DNA of 31,538 nucleotides from Candidatus Altarchaeum sp. Its GTDB lineage: Archaea; Altiarchaeota; Altiarchaeia; Altiarchaeales; Altiarchaeaceae. Under the pieces are notes generated by a model. That model did no database searches. It was not told the origin of the DNA and saw only the letters and a list, made by a program, of their open reading frames with translations. The position numbers and the translations under genes are program-made. Below are positions 1-9,731 of the stretch, in pieces. Numbering within the stretch: the first letter of the stretch is position 1; each line of letters begins with the position of its first letter. Location of the stretch: the NCBI GenBank assembly GCA_018260615.1, contig JAGWDQ010000079.1, positions 19,391 to 50,928 on the forward strand, read 5' to 3'.

Positions 1-208
1 CCCTGCTTTTTTATCATAAGGCGCTCCCGCTGCTCTCGCAATCTGGGAAATTTTCCAGTTACTTATAAATTTTACTTTGCCTTTATATTCTGCTTTTATA
101 TCGCAAAATTTCTCCCCGATTTCTATATCTTCTGCTTTTATTTCCGGATTTCCCTCCTGTGCCTCAATAATTTCCCTCATCTTTTTTAATGCCTTCGTCT
201 TTAAAATT
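1..208 (-). pseudogene. Partial second copy of the AMP phosphorylase 3' region (about codons 389-458), running off the window start
   Basis: 1-208 is identical to 3168-3375 except T160 vs C3327 (synonymous, GCA/GCG Ala). Identity stops abruptly at 209, with no upstream part of the gene. Confidence 0.9.
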
Positions 209-264
209 CATTCGTTGATTTATTTTTACTTTTTTTAAACAAAATAAAATTTAAGAAATTTTCA

Positions 265-2853
265 TCATTGATTCAATCTACCCATCAAATCTAAAACATC
301 CTGTAATGTTAAATTTCCATTATTGCGTAAACATTCCATGTTAGACACATTATTATTTGTGCTTTTTTCTCCACTTAAAACTTCTAATGCTTCAACGGCG
401 TCAAAAACATCCATCATTCCGTCACCGTTAAGGTCATCACAATGAATAACTTGTGGTTCGCATTCTGGGCATAGGGCCCCTCCTTCTTTCTTTGTAATAT
501 TTAAGACCTCATTCCATACCTGGAAGTTACAACACATATCATAAACAACAACAGTAACCTTTAGATAATATGTCGTTTGATTATTAACTTTATCTGGCAA
601 TACATAAGACTTACCTTCAACACCAACCAATCCAAACCCATTTTCTATTCCCTGATTATCAAATATCAGGTCTAAATTAGGATCTCCTAATTGTAATCCT
701 GCTGCAGCACCATATATTATATTTTCACTATTATTCACATAAGGTTGGAAGAATACTTTTACTACCGCCGGAAGGGATTCTCCACTCTTCAAACTTACAT
801 TTATGTAAACGGTATCTTCGGCATGTAACTCACCTTTATCTTTTAAATTAACTATCTTAACATCCTCATCTCTTATATTTGGTGCAACAAAGTCGCCTAT
901 TGAAATATTTCCAATTTTCAGTATGATATCCTGCTCTGTGCCATTTCCCACAATTACTGTAACATTGTAGATATATTTTCCATCTATAAAGTCCCACTCA
1001 CCTATTGTTTCCAGATCATCAATCGTTTTAATATAATAGTATCTATTTAACTTTAATATTATCATATTGCTATTTAAAGTTGCATTTTCGCTTAACATTC
1101 CATCAGGCGCAACGGTAGTCATATTATTGCCATCAATAGTTAATGTGATTTCATCACCTCCAACTTTTACCTTTAATTCCGAAGTGTTTACATTTGTTAA
1201 ATTTATGTTTATAACCGGATCATTAGATGGATATCCTCGCACATCTCTTTCATTTATGTCTGGAGCGGAAATATATTCATTACTACTAAATGCGCATTTT
1301 GTATAAGCGCCTCCATATTTCACTAAATCCATATTTATTGTTTTAGTAATATTTGCACTATCAAGATTCACAACATTTATTCCTGCTGCACTTTCGTTAT
1401 ATTTCCACACATACGGTGCGTCTGACGCATCAACTGAAACATACACACTATTATTAAATTCAAACAACCACGGATTTTTAATACTTGAAAAAGTTGCAGT
1501 ATTAAAACTTGCATCATCAAAGTCAGATTTCTTTACACCCTCAGCACTAACTGCTTTATGTAAGATCGTTCTAGTTGCAGCAGTACAATTTGCCTGCACA
1601 CATTTGTCAATGTAAATTCTATTATCTGTTAAAGTTGCTCTCACAAAATATATTGTCTTTATTGTTCCAGTTATTTTGTCCTTTATGGGGTAGTGCAGAT
1701 CAATAGTATCCAATAAGGGTGTATCTACTTGATATGACACATATAAATTGCCATCTTTAAATATTATGTTCGGATGGTGTGCTTCACAAGTCATATTCAT
1801 TTTCTGTCCTTTTGTATCAACTTCACATAAAGTATCGGCACCATAAACAGTTATATTTCCTTTAATAATATCTTCTTTTTTAACCTTAAGCGCATATTTT
1901 CCTTTATTTGAGACGATCAATACATAATATGTATTATCAAGCTTATTGATAAGTGTTAAGGTAGCATTAGCAAACTTAATTTCTGTCTGCGTAGTATTTG
2001 GTGCGTCATTTGCAATAATTCCCAAACTCGCCAAGTATGATATAAGTTCTTGTAAGTCCCCGTTGATTGAATAATTCCAGTTAAATGCTATTTTCTCTGC
2101 AAATGTTATAGGTCTAATAATAGTATTATCTTCCTTTGTATAAATGTATATATCAGAATTATTTACATAAGCAATATAGGTCCTTCCATTATATCTGGCG
2201 ATTGCTGGTTCCTTTGCATCTCCTACCAGAATGGCGGCAATTTTTTCTTCATTTGTACAGGATAATGAAGCTGCTGATGGTGTGCATTCTCTATAATATA
2301 AACTTGCTTGTAAGTCGCTTTCTCCTCTGCCCATATATGCCAAATATATTTTATTACTCTCGTACGTCATTGCAGCATAGTAATATCTCATTCCTTGCTG
2401 TGAAATTTCAAAGGATATATTATTATGAGGGGCACTTGCATTTGAAAGATACATAAATTTTATTTTTGGATTGTGGTTATTATTACTATAATCTTCATAC
2501 GCAATATAATAATTATTTCCAACTTTAACCATTGATGTTGCAGTTTGCCAATTAATAACATCTGTCAATTTTGTAAAGTTAACTGTTGAAAGATTTTCCA
2601 TCTCGTTTACATAATTCCACGCAATTGTGGAATACAATTCGTATCTGTTTCCATAGTCCGTATTGTATCCCTTGCTTATACCTCCAATACAACCATTATC
2701 ATCACCGCAATAAACAATATTGTTGTTTGCTAATAAAGCTGAAGGATAATTTGGATCATTTATATTACATCCATAAAATACATTAAATTCTATTAATATT
2801 CCAAATATCATCAAAATTGCTATTCCAAAAAATATTAAATTTTTGCTTGCCAT
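265..2853 (-). CDS. Large secreted/surface protein (862 aa): putative beta-propeller-like and Ig-like regions plus a C-terminal dockerin-like EF-hand module
   Basis: N-terminal hydrophobic signal (MASKNLIFFGIAILMIFGILI). Many N-x-S/T sequons. Repeated YIAY/YLAY/YVSY strand motifs. C-terminal DDLNGDGMMDVFDAVEAL matches the DxNxDGxxDxxD pattern. Confidence 0.75.
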   Translation of the reverse strand: MASKNLIFFGIAILMIFGILIEFNVFYGCNINDPNYPSALLANNNIVYCGDDNGCIGGISKGYNTDYGNRYELYSTIAWNYVNEMENLSTVNFTKLTDVINWQTATSMVKVGNNYYIAYEDYSNNNHNPKIKFMYLSNASAPHNNISFEISQQGMRYYYAAMTYESNKIYLAYMGRGESDLQASLYYRECTPSAASLSCTNEEKIAAILVGDAKEPAIARYNGRTYIAYVNNSDIYIYTKEDNTIIRPITFAEKIAFNWNYSINGDLQELISYLASLGIIANDAPNTTQTEIKFANATLTLINKLDNTYYVLIVSNKGKYALKVKKEDIIKGNITVYGADTLCEVDTKGQKMNMTCEAHHPNIIFKDGNLYVSYQVDTPLLDTIDLHYPIKDKITGTIKTIYFVRATLTDNRIYIDKCVQANCTAATRTILHKAVSAEGVKKSDFDDASFNTATFSSIKNPWLFEFNNSVYVSVDASDAPYVWKYNESAAGINVVNLDSANITKTINMDLVKYGGAYTKCAFSSNEYISAPDINERDVRGYPSNDPVININLTNVNTSELKVKVGGDEITLTIDGNNMTTVAPDGMLSENATLNSNMIILKLNRYYYIKTIDDLETIGEWDFIDGKYIYNVTVIVGNGTEQDIILKIGNISIGDFVAPNIRDEDVKIVNLKDKGELHAEDTVYINVSLKSGESLPAVVKVFFQPYVNNSENIIYGAAAGLQLGDPNLDLIFDNQGIENGFGLVGVEGKSYVLPDKVNNQTTYYLKVTVVVYDMCCNFQVWNEVLNITKKEGGALCPECEPQVIHCDDLNGDGMMDVFDAVEALEVLSGEKSTNNNVSNMECLRNNGNLTLQDVLDLMGRLNQ

Positions 2854-3008
2854 TTTTTGTTAAGTAGTGTCCATCAATAAACTCACAATTTTTGTCAAAA
2901 ACATAATATAATTAGGATTAAAAATAAATTTATAGAAAAATAACAAATTATCTTTACAATTTAACATTGCTTTTTATCGTAGCATAATTTTTGATTCAAT
3001 TTTTGTTT

Positions 3009-4541
3009 TTATTCAATCTTCTCAATTATCGCCCCCCCGATTTCTACCGGATTTAGTCGTTCTGCGAGCTCTATCGCATGCTGTAATTTGTGAGCCGATG
3101 AAGAATACAAGGTGAATAACGATTCATTGCTCCTTACAAAATCCCCTGCCGAAATTTTTAAATATAGCCCTGCTTTTTTATCATAAGGCGCTCCCGCTGC
3201 TCTCGCAATCTGGGAAATTTTCCAGTTACTTATAAATTTTACTTTGCCTTTATATTCTGCTTTTATATCGCAAAATTTCTCCCCGATTTCTATATCTTCT
3301 GCTTTTATTTCCGGATTTCCCTCCTGCGCCTCAATAATTTCCCTCATCTTTTTTAATGCCTTCGTCTTTAAAATTTCTCCCGCTGTTTTTCTGTATTCGC
3401 CCTTTTTATTGTAGGCCATTTCAAAAATATTTGCAGCCATGTCAAGCGATTTATTTATCAAATCATAAGGAATTTTAAAATTTTCATTTTTATTTTTAAA
3501 ATTTTCATAATCTAAGGCAATTAGCACATCTCTCGCTTCCAATGCAGGGCCTATTCCGTTTCCAACAGGAGAATATCCGTCTGTTATCAGACATCTTGTA
3601 TTTATTCCTAATTTTGTTCCTATGTTGATAAATTCGCTGGCCAATTTTTTTCCTTTTTCAGTGTTGCTTATTTTCGCACCCCTTCCGACTGGAATATCAA
3701 CGAGCAGATATTTCGCATTAACGCTTTTCTTTTTTGCCATGACACTCGCGAGCATTTGTGAGTCCGGATCAATTGAAAGCGGATATTCCACCTTTATTAT
3801 TTTATCATCGGCAGGTGCTAAATTTATCGCCCCTCCCCAAACCATACACCCGTTTGTTTTCTCAACAATTTCTTTTATTTTTTCCGCATCAAATTCAACC
3901 TTTGCCAGGACCTCCATCGTATCTGCCGTTCCGGATGCCGAAGTTATTGCCCGCGATGATGTTTTCGGAATTTTTAAATTTGCCGACGCTATGAGCGGAA
4001 CCAAAAGCATCGTTGTCCTGTTTCCCGCGATACCCCCGATACTGTGCTTATCAACTACATTTTCCCCGAAATCAATACTTTGTCCCGTTTCAACCATCGC
4101 ATTTATTAAAGAAATCGTCTCACCGCTCGTCATTTCATGAACATAAGTAGCAATTACAAAGCCCGCCAGTTCAACGGAACTTAAATTTCCATTCACAATA
4201 TCTCTCACAATTGCTTTAATTTCTTCATCACCCAGATTTATTCCGTCAATTTTTTTTCTTATATATTCAAGCGATACGGGACGGGAAGAAAGCGAAACAT
4301 CAGCCATGTCTCCCTCCTGAATATTTAGCCGTTGTCTGACTTCTTCGTAAATCCCGATTTCCCCTTTATTAAGATAAATTTTTGTAAAATTTGGAATTGC
4401 ATTGAGCTTATTTTTGCAATTATCAGAATAAATCTCTACTCTGTCTATAAGGCAAATTCCCATTTCCTTTGCGTCTTCCTCATTTATTACGACAACAAAA
4501 TTTCCAGCTTCAATATGTAAAATTTTTGATTTTAGTTTCAT
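3009..4541 (-). CDS. deoA: AMP phosphorylase (archaeal thymidine/pyrimidine-nucleoside phosphorylase family)
   Basis: 510 aa with the N-terminal extension typical of archaeal AMPpase. Motifs VDKHSIGGIAGNRTT, KTSSRAITSASGTADTMEVLA, SVMAKK and a C-terminal ARAAGAPYDKKAG domain. Confidence 0.93.
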   Translation of the reverse strand: MKLKSKILHIEAGNFVVVINEEDAKEMGICLIDRVEIYSDNCKNKLNAIPNFTKIYLNKGEIGIYEEVRQRLNIQEGDMADVSLSSRPVSLEYIRKKIDGINLGDEEIKAIVRDIVNGNLSSVELAGFVIATYVHEMTSGETISLINAMVETGQSIDFGENVVDKHSIGGIAGNRTTMLLVPLIASANLKIPKTSSRAITSASGTADTMEVLAKVEFDAEKIKEIVEKTNGCMVWGGAINLAPADDKIIKVEYPLSIDPDSQMLASVMAKKKSVNAKYLLVDIPVGRGAKISNTEKGKKLASEFINIGTKLGINTRCLITDGYSPVGNGIGPALEARDVLIALDYENFKNKNENFKIPYDLINKSLDMAANIFEMAYNKKGEYRKTAGEILKTKALKKMREIIEAQEGNPEIKAEDIEIGEKFCDIKAEYKGKVKFISNWKISQIARAAGAPYDKKAGLYLKISAGDFVRSNESLFTLYSSSAHKLQHAIELAERLNPVEIGGAIIEKIE

Positions 4542-4573
4542 CTTTTAACAAAACGCAAAGATAAAATAAGGAT

Positions 4574-5683
4574 TTATCCCTTGATTACAATCTCATTAAT
4601 CAAGGCAAATATTCTAAGCAATAAATCGTTTCCTCCGATTTTGCTTCCATTGTAATAAATTTCTTTGCCTTCACTTAAATAATCAAGTCCCGCAACTGCG
4701 TCAAAAGTATCAATTGCTCCGTTATCATCATAGTCAAATTCTTCTGAAATAAATAAAATTTTACATCCTTGGGTATTATTATCATTCCACCCTTCTGTTT
4801 TAAAGCAGATATTGGTATCTCCTGAACTTGATTCCCAATTATCGGAATAAAGGTCATATACCTTATTGTCTAAAACATTTGTATTTATTGTTGAATTTGA
4901 TGAATTTGAATAAATTCCTATTCCGTTGTCTAAAATTATGTTGTCTTTAAAGGTATTATTTGTGTTGCCAGGTCCCATTGCCGGAACTTTTTCGCACATT
5001 TTTGTTTCATTTGTAGCATTTTTTGTGCATGCGACAACCTTTCCGTCTTTTATGCATGCTGTTACTTTTGCACCAATTTCCGATGGATTGGTCTCGTTTG
5101 ATGTATTTGAGTTATTTGATGCATTTGCTCCTTGTGTTTCATTAATACAACTTTTAACATCTGCAGACCCATAAAAATTAGCAATTGAAATTCCCGTCAA
5201 ACCATTATTTGAAACTGTATTGTTCAAAATTAAATTGTTATTTGAGCTTCCAAACATATAAATTCCATTCCAGTTTGATCTTATTGTGCTGTTCATTAAT
5301 GAAATATTTGAAGAAAAAGCCAGGTAAATTCCGTCCTCAAAATTTGTAATTATGCAGTTCTTTATCGTGTTGTTTTGCTTGTCCATTAAATAAATTCCGT
5401 GAGTTTCTTCTGTTAAATTTCCGTCAATTACATATCCTTGACAATCAAATATTTTATTGCTGAAATTTGAAGGATTGTTAATACATGTTTCATTTTGATT
5501 TGTTATATTCACAGTTAATCTTACTTCATTATGTCCATTATCATTCAAAGCATCTATACAATCACTACAATTTCCACAATTGAAATAACTTCCCGCATCA
5601 CTATATGCATTTACATTTCCCGCAATTAAAAAAGCCAAAACCATTGTAACAAATCCTGCCAAAACAATATCTTTTATATTCAT
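4574..5683 (-). CDS. Secreted right-handed parallel beta-helix (NosD/CASH-like) protein with a C-terminal dockerin-like motif
   Basis: Signal peptide ending NVNA. Beta-helix repeats HGIYL...NNTIKNCIITNFEDGIYL...SNISL...NGIYM. C-terminal FDYDDNGAIDTFDAVAGL. Confidence 0.75.
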   Translation of the reverse strand: MNIKDIVLAGFVTMVLAFLIAGNVNAYSDAGSYFNCGNCSDCIDALNDNGHNEVRLTVNITNQNETCINNPSNFSNKIFDCQGYVIDGNLTEETHGIYLMDKQNNTIKNCIITNFEDGIYLAFSSNISLMNSTIRSNWNGIYMFGSSNNNLILNNTVSNNGLTGISIANFYGSADVKSCINETQGANASNNSNTSNETNPSEIGAKVTACIKDGKVVACTKNATNETKMCEKVPAMGPGNTNNTFKDNIILDNGIGIYSNSSNSTINTNVLDNKVYDLYSDNWESSSGDTNICFKTEGWNDNNTQGCKILFISEEFDYDDNGAIDTFDAVAGLDYLSEGKEIYYNGSKIGGNDLLLRIFALINEIVIKG

Positions 5684-5736
5684 CTTTATGAAATTTATTT
5701 TTTTTGAATATTAAATTTAGATTTGAATATTATATT

Positions 5737-7056
5737 TTAATGCATATGTCTCCACCAAATGTTTTTCACATAATCTCTAACGGTTTTGCTTGGATCGTCC
5801 TTTAACTTTTTAATAATTGCTTTTGCATTAGGAATTCTGTCAATGTTCTTTGCAGCCATCTGAACAGCATACCATCTGACACCATCGTATTTATCATTAG
5901 CAAACATTTCTAATATTTTTTGTGATGTTTGAATGTTTATAATATTTTCAGAATACTTTGAAACAGCATCTGCAACACTTTCTCTAAAAGCATCATCAGG
6001 ATCTTTCATAAGTTTTTCAATTATTTCGTTCGCTTTTGGAAATTTATAAAAATTTTCCAAAAGCATTCTACACAAAGCAATTTTATTTTCACTTTTATAT
6101 TCCAATAAAATTCTTTCAACAAGATCAGAAATTTGCCGAGATTTACTTTCATCTATTTTTTCAGAAATTAAATCCCTTAATATTTGTATTTCCCCGCTTT
6201 CGCTTTCCATTGAAATTTTATTGATAAAAGATTCTGAAAATTTATTTCTATATATCTGAGCAGGATAATTCCATTTTTCTTTAATTATCTTTATTGCATC
6301 GTTTCTAACACCACTATATTCATCCTGAGCAAGTTTTTCCAATAATTTTGCAGCGTTTGGAATCTTGTCAAAATGTTGGTTTATTACTCCTACAACACCA
6401 ATTCGTACATATTCATTTTTATCTTCTGCCAACATTTCTATAATTTTATCAGCATTTGGAATCTTATCAAAATGTTCTTTTATCACATCAGGAACCTTGT
6501 AAGGTGTATATATACTATATTTACGATTCATCAATCTTTCTATAATTTTTGAAGCATTTGGAATCTTATCAAAATAGTGATTTATTATATCTGTAACATA
6601 CACGCATTTATATTTATCATTTGACCATCTTTCTATAATTTTAGCAGCATTTGGAATCTTATCAAAATTTCTATCTATTGATTCGGCCGCGACTATTATT
6701 CCATACATCTCTCCTTTATCAAATACGCCTCCATCATAATATGATAATTCCTCAACAAGATTTGCAGCATTTGGGATATGATCAAAGTTTCCAACTATTG
6801 GAGGGAAAGCAGGGCAAATCCTAGGATTTCCTCTAACAGCGCCCGTTGGACCATATATTAATTTATCCATCTTTGCTTTTCTAAGTAGATCAGAAACTAA
6901 TAAAAAGACAAAAATTGCTACGAGTATAAAAAGAACAATTTCTGGTAAAGTGACACAATAAATAATTCCAATTACAATTATAAAAAAAATTATAGTGAGG
7001 AATATTAAAATAGTTTTCCAATTGTTTTTTATACTTTTCTGTGCATACTCTAACAT
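5737..7056 (-). CDS. Membrane-anchored alpha-helical (HEAT-like) repeat protein with FDKIPNA repeats
   Basis: Two N-terminal hydrophobic segments. Five FD[KH]IPNA units spaced 31-40 aa apart, plus degenerate FYKFPKA and IDRIPNA. HEAT-like L.xD...VR motifs. Confidence 0.75.
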   Translation of the reverse strand: MLEYAQKSIKNNWKTILIFLTIIFFIIVIGIIYCVTLPEIVLFILVAIFVFLLVSDLLRKAKMDKLIYGPTGAVRGNPRICPAFPPIVGNFDHIPNAANLVEELSYYDGGVFDKGEMYGIIVAAESIDRNFDKIPNAAKIIERWSNDKYKCVYVTDIINHYFDKIPNASKIIERLMNRKYSIYTPYKVPDVIKEHFDKIPNADKIIEMLAEDKNEYVRIGVVGVINQHFDKIPNAAKLLEKLAQDEYSGVRNDAIKIIKEKWNYPAQIYRNKFSESFINKISMESESGEIQILRDLISEKIDESKSRQISDLVERILLEYKSENKIALCRMLLENFYKFPKANEIIEKLMKDPDDAFRESVADAVSKYSENIINIQTSQKILEMFANDKYDGVRWYAVQMAAKNIDRIPNAKAIIKKLKDDPSKTVRDYVKNIWWRHMH

Positions 7057-7116
7057 TTTATCTAAATTTCCTTTATTTTATTTTTAAATTTTCTAAAACG
7101 CAAAATTACACAACCA

Positions 7117-7203
7117 TTATCTGCTTAATTCCCCTAATATTTCAGTTGTATCCGCTTCTTCTACCGACTTATCATCCCTAAACCTGACTAATCTCGGAAC
7201 TCT
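7117..7203 (-). pseudogene. Remnant resembling the extreme C-terminus of an ATP-dependent DNA ligase
   Basis: Manual translation gives RVPRLVRFRDDKSVEEADTTEILGELSR*. This resembles the ligase OB-domain tail (LRFPRxxxxRxDKxxxxADT) as recalled from archaeal ligases. No upstream ligase sequence is present. Confidence 0.65.
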
Positions 7204-7214
7204 GTACCTATTCA

Positions 7215-7835
7215 TCATTTGCCGATCTTTCTATAATTTTTACAGCGTTTGAAAATCTTATCAAAATACTTTTTTAAAACGTCAGTATATCTAATAGGAG
7301 TATCATCTATATCTCCTATGATTCTACTATTTTCTATAATAATATCATCTGTGATTTTTTTTGGAATCTTATCCAAATGCTTTCTAAAAACTTCAGCAGC
7401 TTTATCTCTAACATCAATGGATTCATCTTTCATCAACTTTTTTAAAATTTCAGGAGCATTTGGAATCTTGTCAAAATGCCAATCTATAGCTTTACAAACA
7501 CCTATTTTTATTGCCCAATCTTTACTCCAAGAAGCTTCCTCAACAAGTTTTGCAGCATTTGGAATTTTGTCAAAATTTACAAGAATTGGTGCAGTTGGTA
7601 AATCGTGCCTAGGTCCTCTAACTCCAATATTTACTTCACCAAGAAAATAGTATCTCATTTCCTCTTCTTTCTGAAATTTATAAACATATAACACAAAAAC
7701 ACCTACAATAAAAAACATAAGAATCGTCATTGAAATGTATTGCGGCAATCTGCGAAAAATAAAAATTACAAATATTGTAACAAAGATAATACTTACAATA
7801 GTTATTCCCCGGTCCTTTATATTTTCAAGGTTCAT
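7215..7835 (-). CDS. Shorter paralogue of the FDKIPNA-repeat membrane protein, with a probably frameshifted/truncated C-terminus
   Basis: Same architecture as 5737-7056 (2 TM, then P..P..vNFDKIPNAAxLVEE). In the last repeat, GATAAGATTTTCAAACGCTGTAAAAATTATAGAAAGA realigns to the repeat consensus only if one T is removed. Confidence 0.7.
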   Translation of the reverse strand: MNLENIKDRGITIVSIIFVTIFVIFIFRRLPQYISMTILMFFIVGVFVLYVYKFQKEEEMRYYFLGEVNIGVRGPRHDLPTAPILVNFDKIPNAAKLVEEASWSKDWAIKIGVCKAIDWHFDKIPNAPEILKKLMKDESIDVRDKAAEVFRKHLDKIPKKITDDIIIENSRIIGDIDDTPIRYTDVLKKYFDKIFKRCKNYRKIGK

Positions 7836-7949
7836 TGTAACTATTTAAAGACGAAATTTACTCGGAAAGGTTTGAAAATTTCTCAAGAAATTTACCTCTA
7901 ATTTCCTTGTGGCTGAATAGTTATAAATTCATTTAGTATCAATGTTTCA

Positions 7950-9263
7950 TTACTCTTTCTCTATAAAATAAACACTCTTTGCATCCATTCCTAATGTAGT
8001 AAATTTTCCCGTCGCAAGAACTTTGTAAGAATCGGCAATACATGCAACTCTCTTTCCGGGTCCGACTGTTGAATTCGGATAAATTTCTGTCTCATCGCCA
8101 ATTACAGGTATCCTTGATTTTGTTGCTACGAATTCATTCACATCGGCATCTATCCTGCTGTTTTTTCCGATTGTTGTGTGCTTTCCAATGATACATTTAT
8201 TAAGCGTACAGTTTTCTTCAACGAGCGTAAAATCACCTATAACTGCATTCGTTATTTTACAACCTTTGTGTATTATTACAGAATCCCCAATTACCGAATT
8301 TTCAATGAGCGCATCTTCAATATCACAGTTTTTTCCTATGCGAAGCGGCTTTTGCAGTAAAATTTTTTGAGTCAGTATTTGAGCTTTAAGACGGTTATAT
8401 GTATCTTCCTTTATCCAAACCATCTCATACCTTTCTTCGTTTTTGTTAAATTTTATATTATTTAGTTTGCCATTAAGAATATCTGCTGTCGTTTGTAAAT
8501 ATCTGTCTGGTGTTCCGACATCATTCCAGTAATATTCGTGTGAAAATCCGTAAATTTCATAATTATTATTCACCAAATAGGGAATTAAATCCTTTCCGAA
8601 ATCCTTAACGACATCAATATTTTCTTTTTCAAAAATTTCCCTTATTTTTGGTGATAATATGTAAACTCCGATATTTGCCAGATTGCTTTTTGTCTCGCAT
8701 GCCTTTGGTTTTTCAACAAATTTTATTATTCTTCCATCTTCATTTAATTCGGCAACACCGTATTGGGAAACATCATCAACTTTTAATAAGCCGATTGTCA
8801 TCAGTGCGTTCTTTTCGTAGTGAAATTTTAACATCGCTTCAATATTCATATCCATTATCTGGTCGCCGCCGACTATAATCATATCACTATTTATATTAAA
8901 AAATTTTGCAGCAAATTTTGTCGCATCGGCACTTCCTTTGTCGTCATATTTCGGGGCATAGTTAAATTCAAGGTCGGAAATTTCAATACCGCGGGTTTGC
9001 ATTCTTTTTACCATATCTCTTCCTAATCCCATAACCTCTTTAATTCGCACACTATTCTCATAGCCCTTGCTCGCAAAAATAAATTTCCTGCAGCCCTGCA
9101 CTATAAAAATTTCGCATATTCTTTTTATTATTGGATAGTTGCACATATCAATCAGCGGCTTCGGACAATGCAAGGTTAAAGGATACATCCTCGTTCCTTC
9201 TCCTCCGACTGTAAGCACAACATAAATGCCTTTAATTTTTTCCTCTATATTTGTATCGGTCAT
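7950..9263 (-). CDS. NDP-sugar pyrophosphorylase (mannose-1-P guanylyltransferase / GlgC-like) with a C-terminal left-handed beta-helix
   Basis: GGEGTRMYPLT...KP, VGGDQI, YGVA, KFVEKP, DFGKDLIP, YWNDVGT, then hexapeptide repeats. Start placed at ATG 9263 (MTDTN); the ORF-track extension to 9335 is likely non-coding. Confidence 0.85.
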   Translation of the reverse strand: MTDTNIEEKIKGIYVVLTVGGEGTRMYPLTLHCPKPLIDMCNYPIIKRICEIFIVQGCRKFIFASKGYENSVRIKEVMGLGRDMVKRMQTRGIEISDLEFNYAPKYDDKGSADATKFAAKFFNINSDMIIVGGDQIMDMNIEAMLKFHYEKNALMTIGLLKVDDVSQYGVAELNEDGRIIKFVEKPKACETKSNLANIGVYILSPKIREIFEKENIDVVKDFGKDLIPYLVNNNYEIYGFSHEYYWNDVGTPDRYLQTTADILNGKLNNIKFNKNEERYEMVWIKEDTYNRLKAQILTQKILLQKPLRIGKNCDIEDALIENSVIGDSVIIHKGCKITNAVIGDFTLVEENCTLNKCIIGKHTTIGKNSRIDADVNEFVATKSRIPVIGDETEIYPNSTVGPGKRVACIADSYKVLATGKFTTLGMDAKSVYFIEKE

Positions 9264-9331
9264 TTTTGTAAAATTTAGAAAATTTAAACATAATTCAATT
9301 GAATTATAATTAAGATTATAAAATATTAGCA

Positions 9332-9595
9332 TCAATCATTACCTTTATTGCCATTTTTTCTCCGGATATCTGTTAGTGTTTTAATCAGTTCTTCCTTAGT
9401 AACCTTTCTTTCCCTTACATGTTCCTGAAAAATATCTGTAATTTCATCCGGGTTTGCACTTATTTTTTTCATTAAAATATATTCTCCGACTTCATCAACT
9501 GCGAGATAACTGTTTCTATTTAGTGCAAGTACTTTTCTTATCTCTTTCGGTAGAGTGAGTTGCCCTTTTGATGTTACTTTTGTCAGGTAGGCCAT
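9332..9595 (-). CDS. AbrB/MazE/SpoVT-family DNA-binding protein (antitoxin-like)
   Basis: N-terminal TKVTSKGQLTLPKEIRKVL is the swapped-hairpin signature. 87 aa. Confidence 0.85.
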   Translation of the reverse strand: MAYLTKVTSKGQLTLPKEIRKVLALNRNSYLAVDEVGEYILMKKISANPDEITDIFQEHVRERKVTKEELIKTLTDIRRKNGNKGND

Positions 9596-9731
9596 TTTAT
9601 TATATTTACCTAAATTGGTTTGGTTTCATTTTTCTCTTATTTTTGTTTTGCGATAAATAAATTTAAAATTTATCTTATTATCTTTAATTTTATCTAAATT
9701 TAATTTTTATATTAATTAAATTTAGTTTTTA

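Noticed and set aside
1-208. Diversity-generating retroelement TR/VR pair (also considered for 21119-21220 and the FDKIPNA repeats)
   Set aside because: There is only one synonymous mismatch here, mismatches in the other pairs are not adenine-specific, and no reverse transcriptase is in the window.
265-2853. Identification as a hamus or S-layer structural subunit
   Set aside because: No motif I can match from the sequence alone; only a generic surface-protein call is supported.
3622-4140. Long antisense ORFs (also 13823-14389, 26789-27292, 24485-24907, 7249-7650, 27805-28047 and others)
   Set aside because: They are shadow frames opposite well-supported genes with no recognisable motifs.
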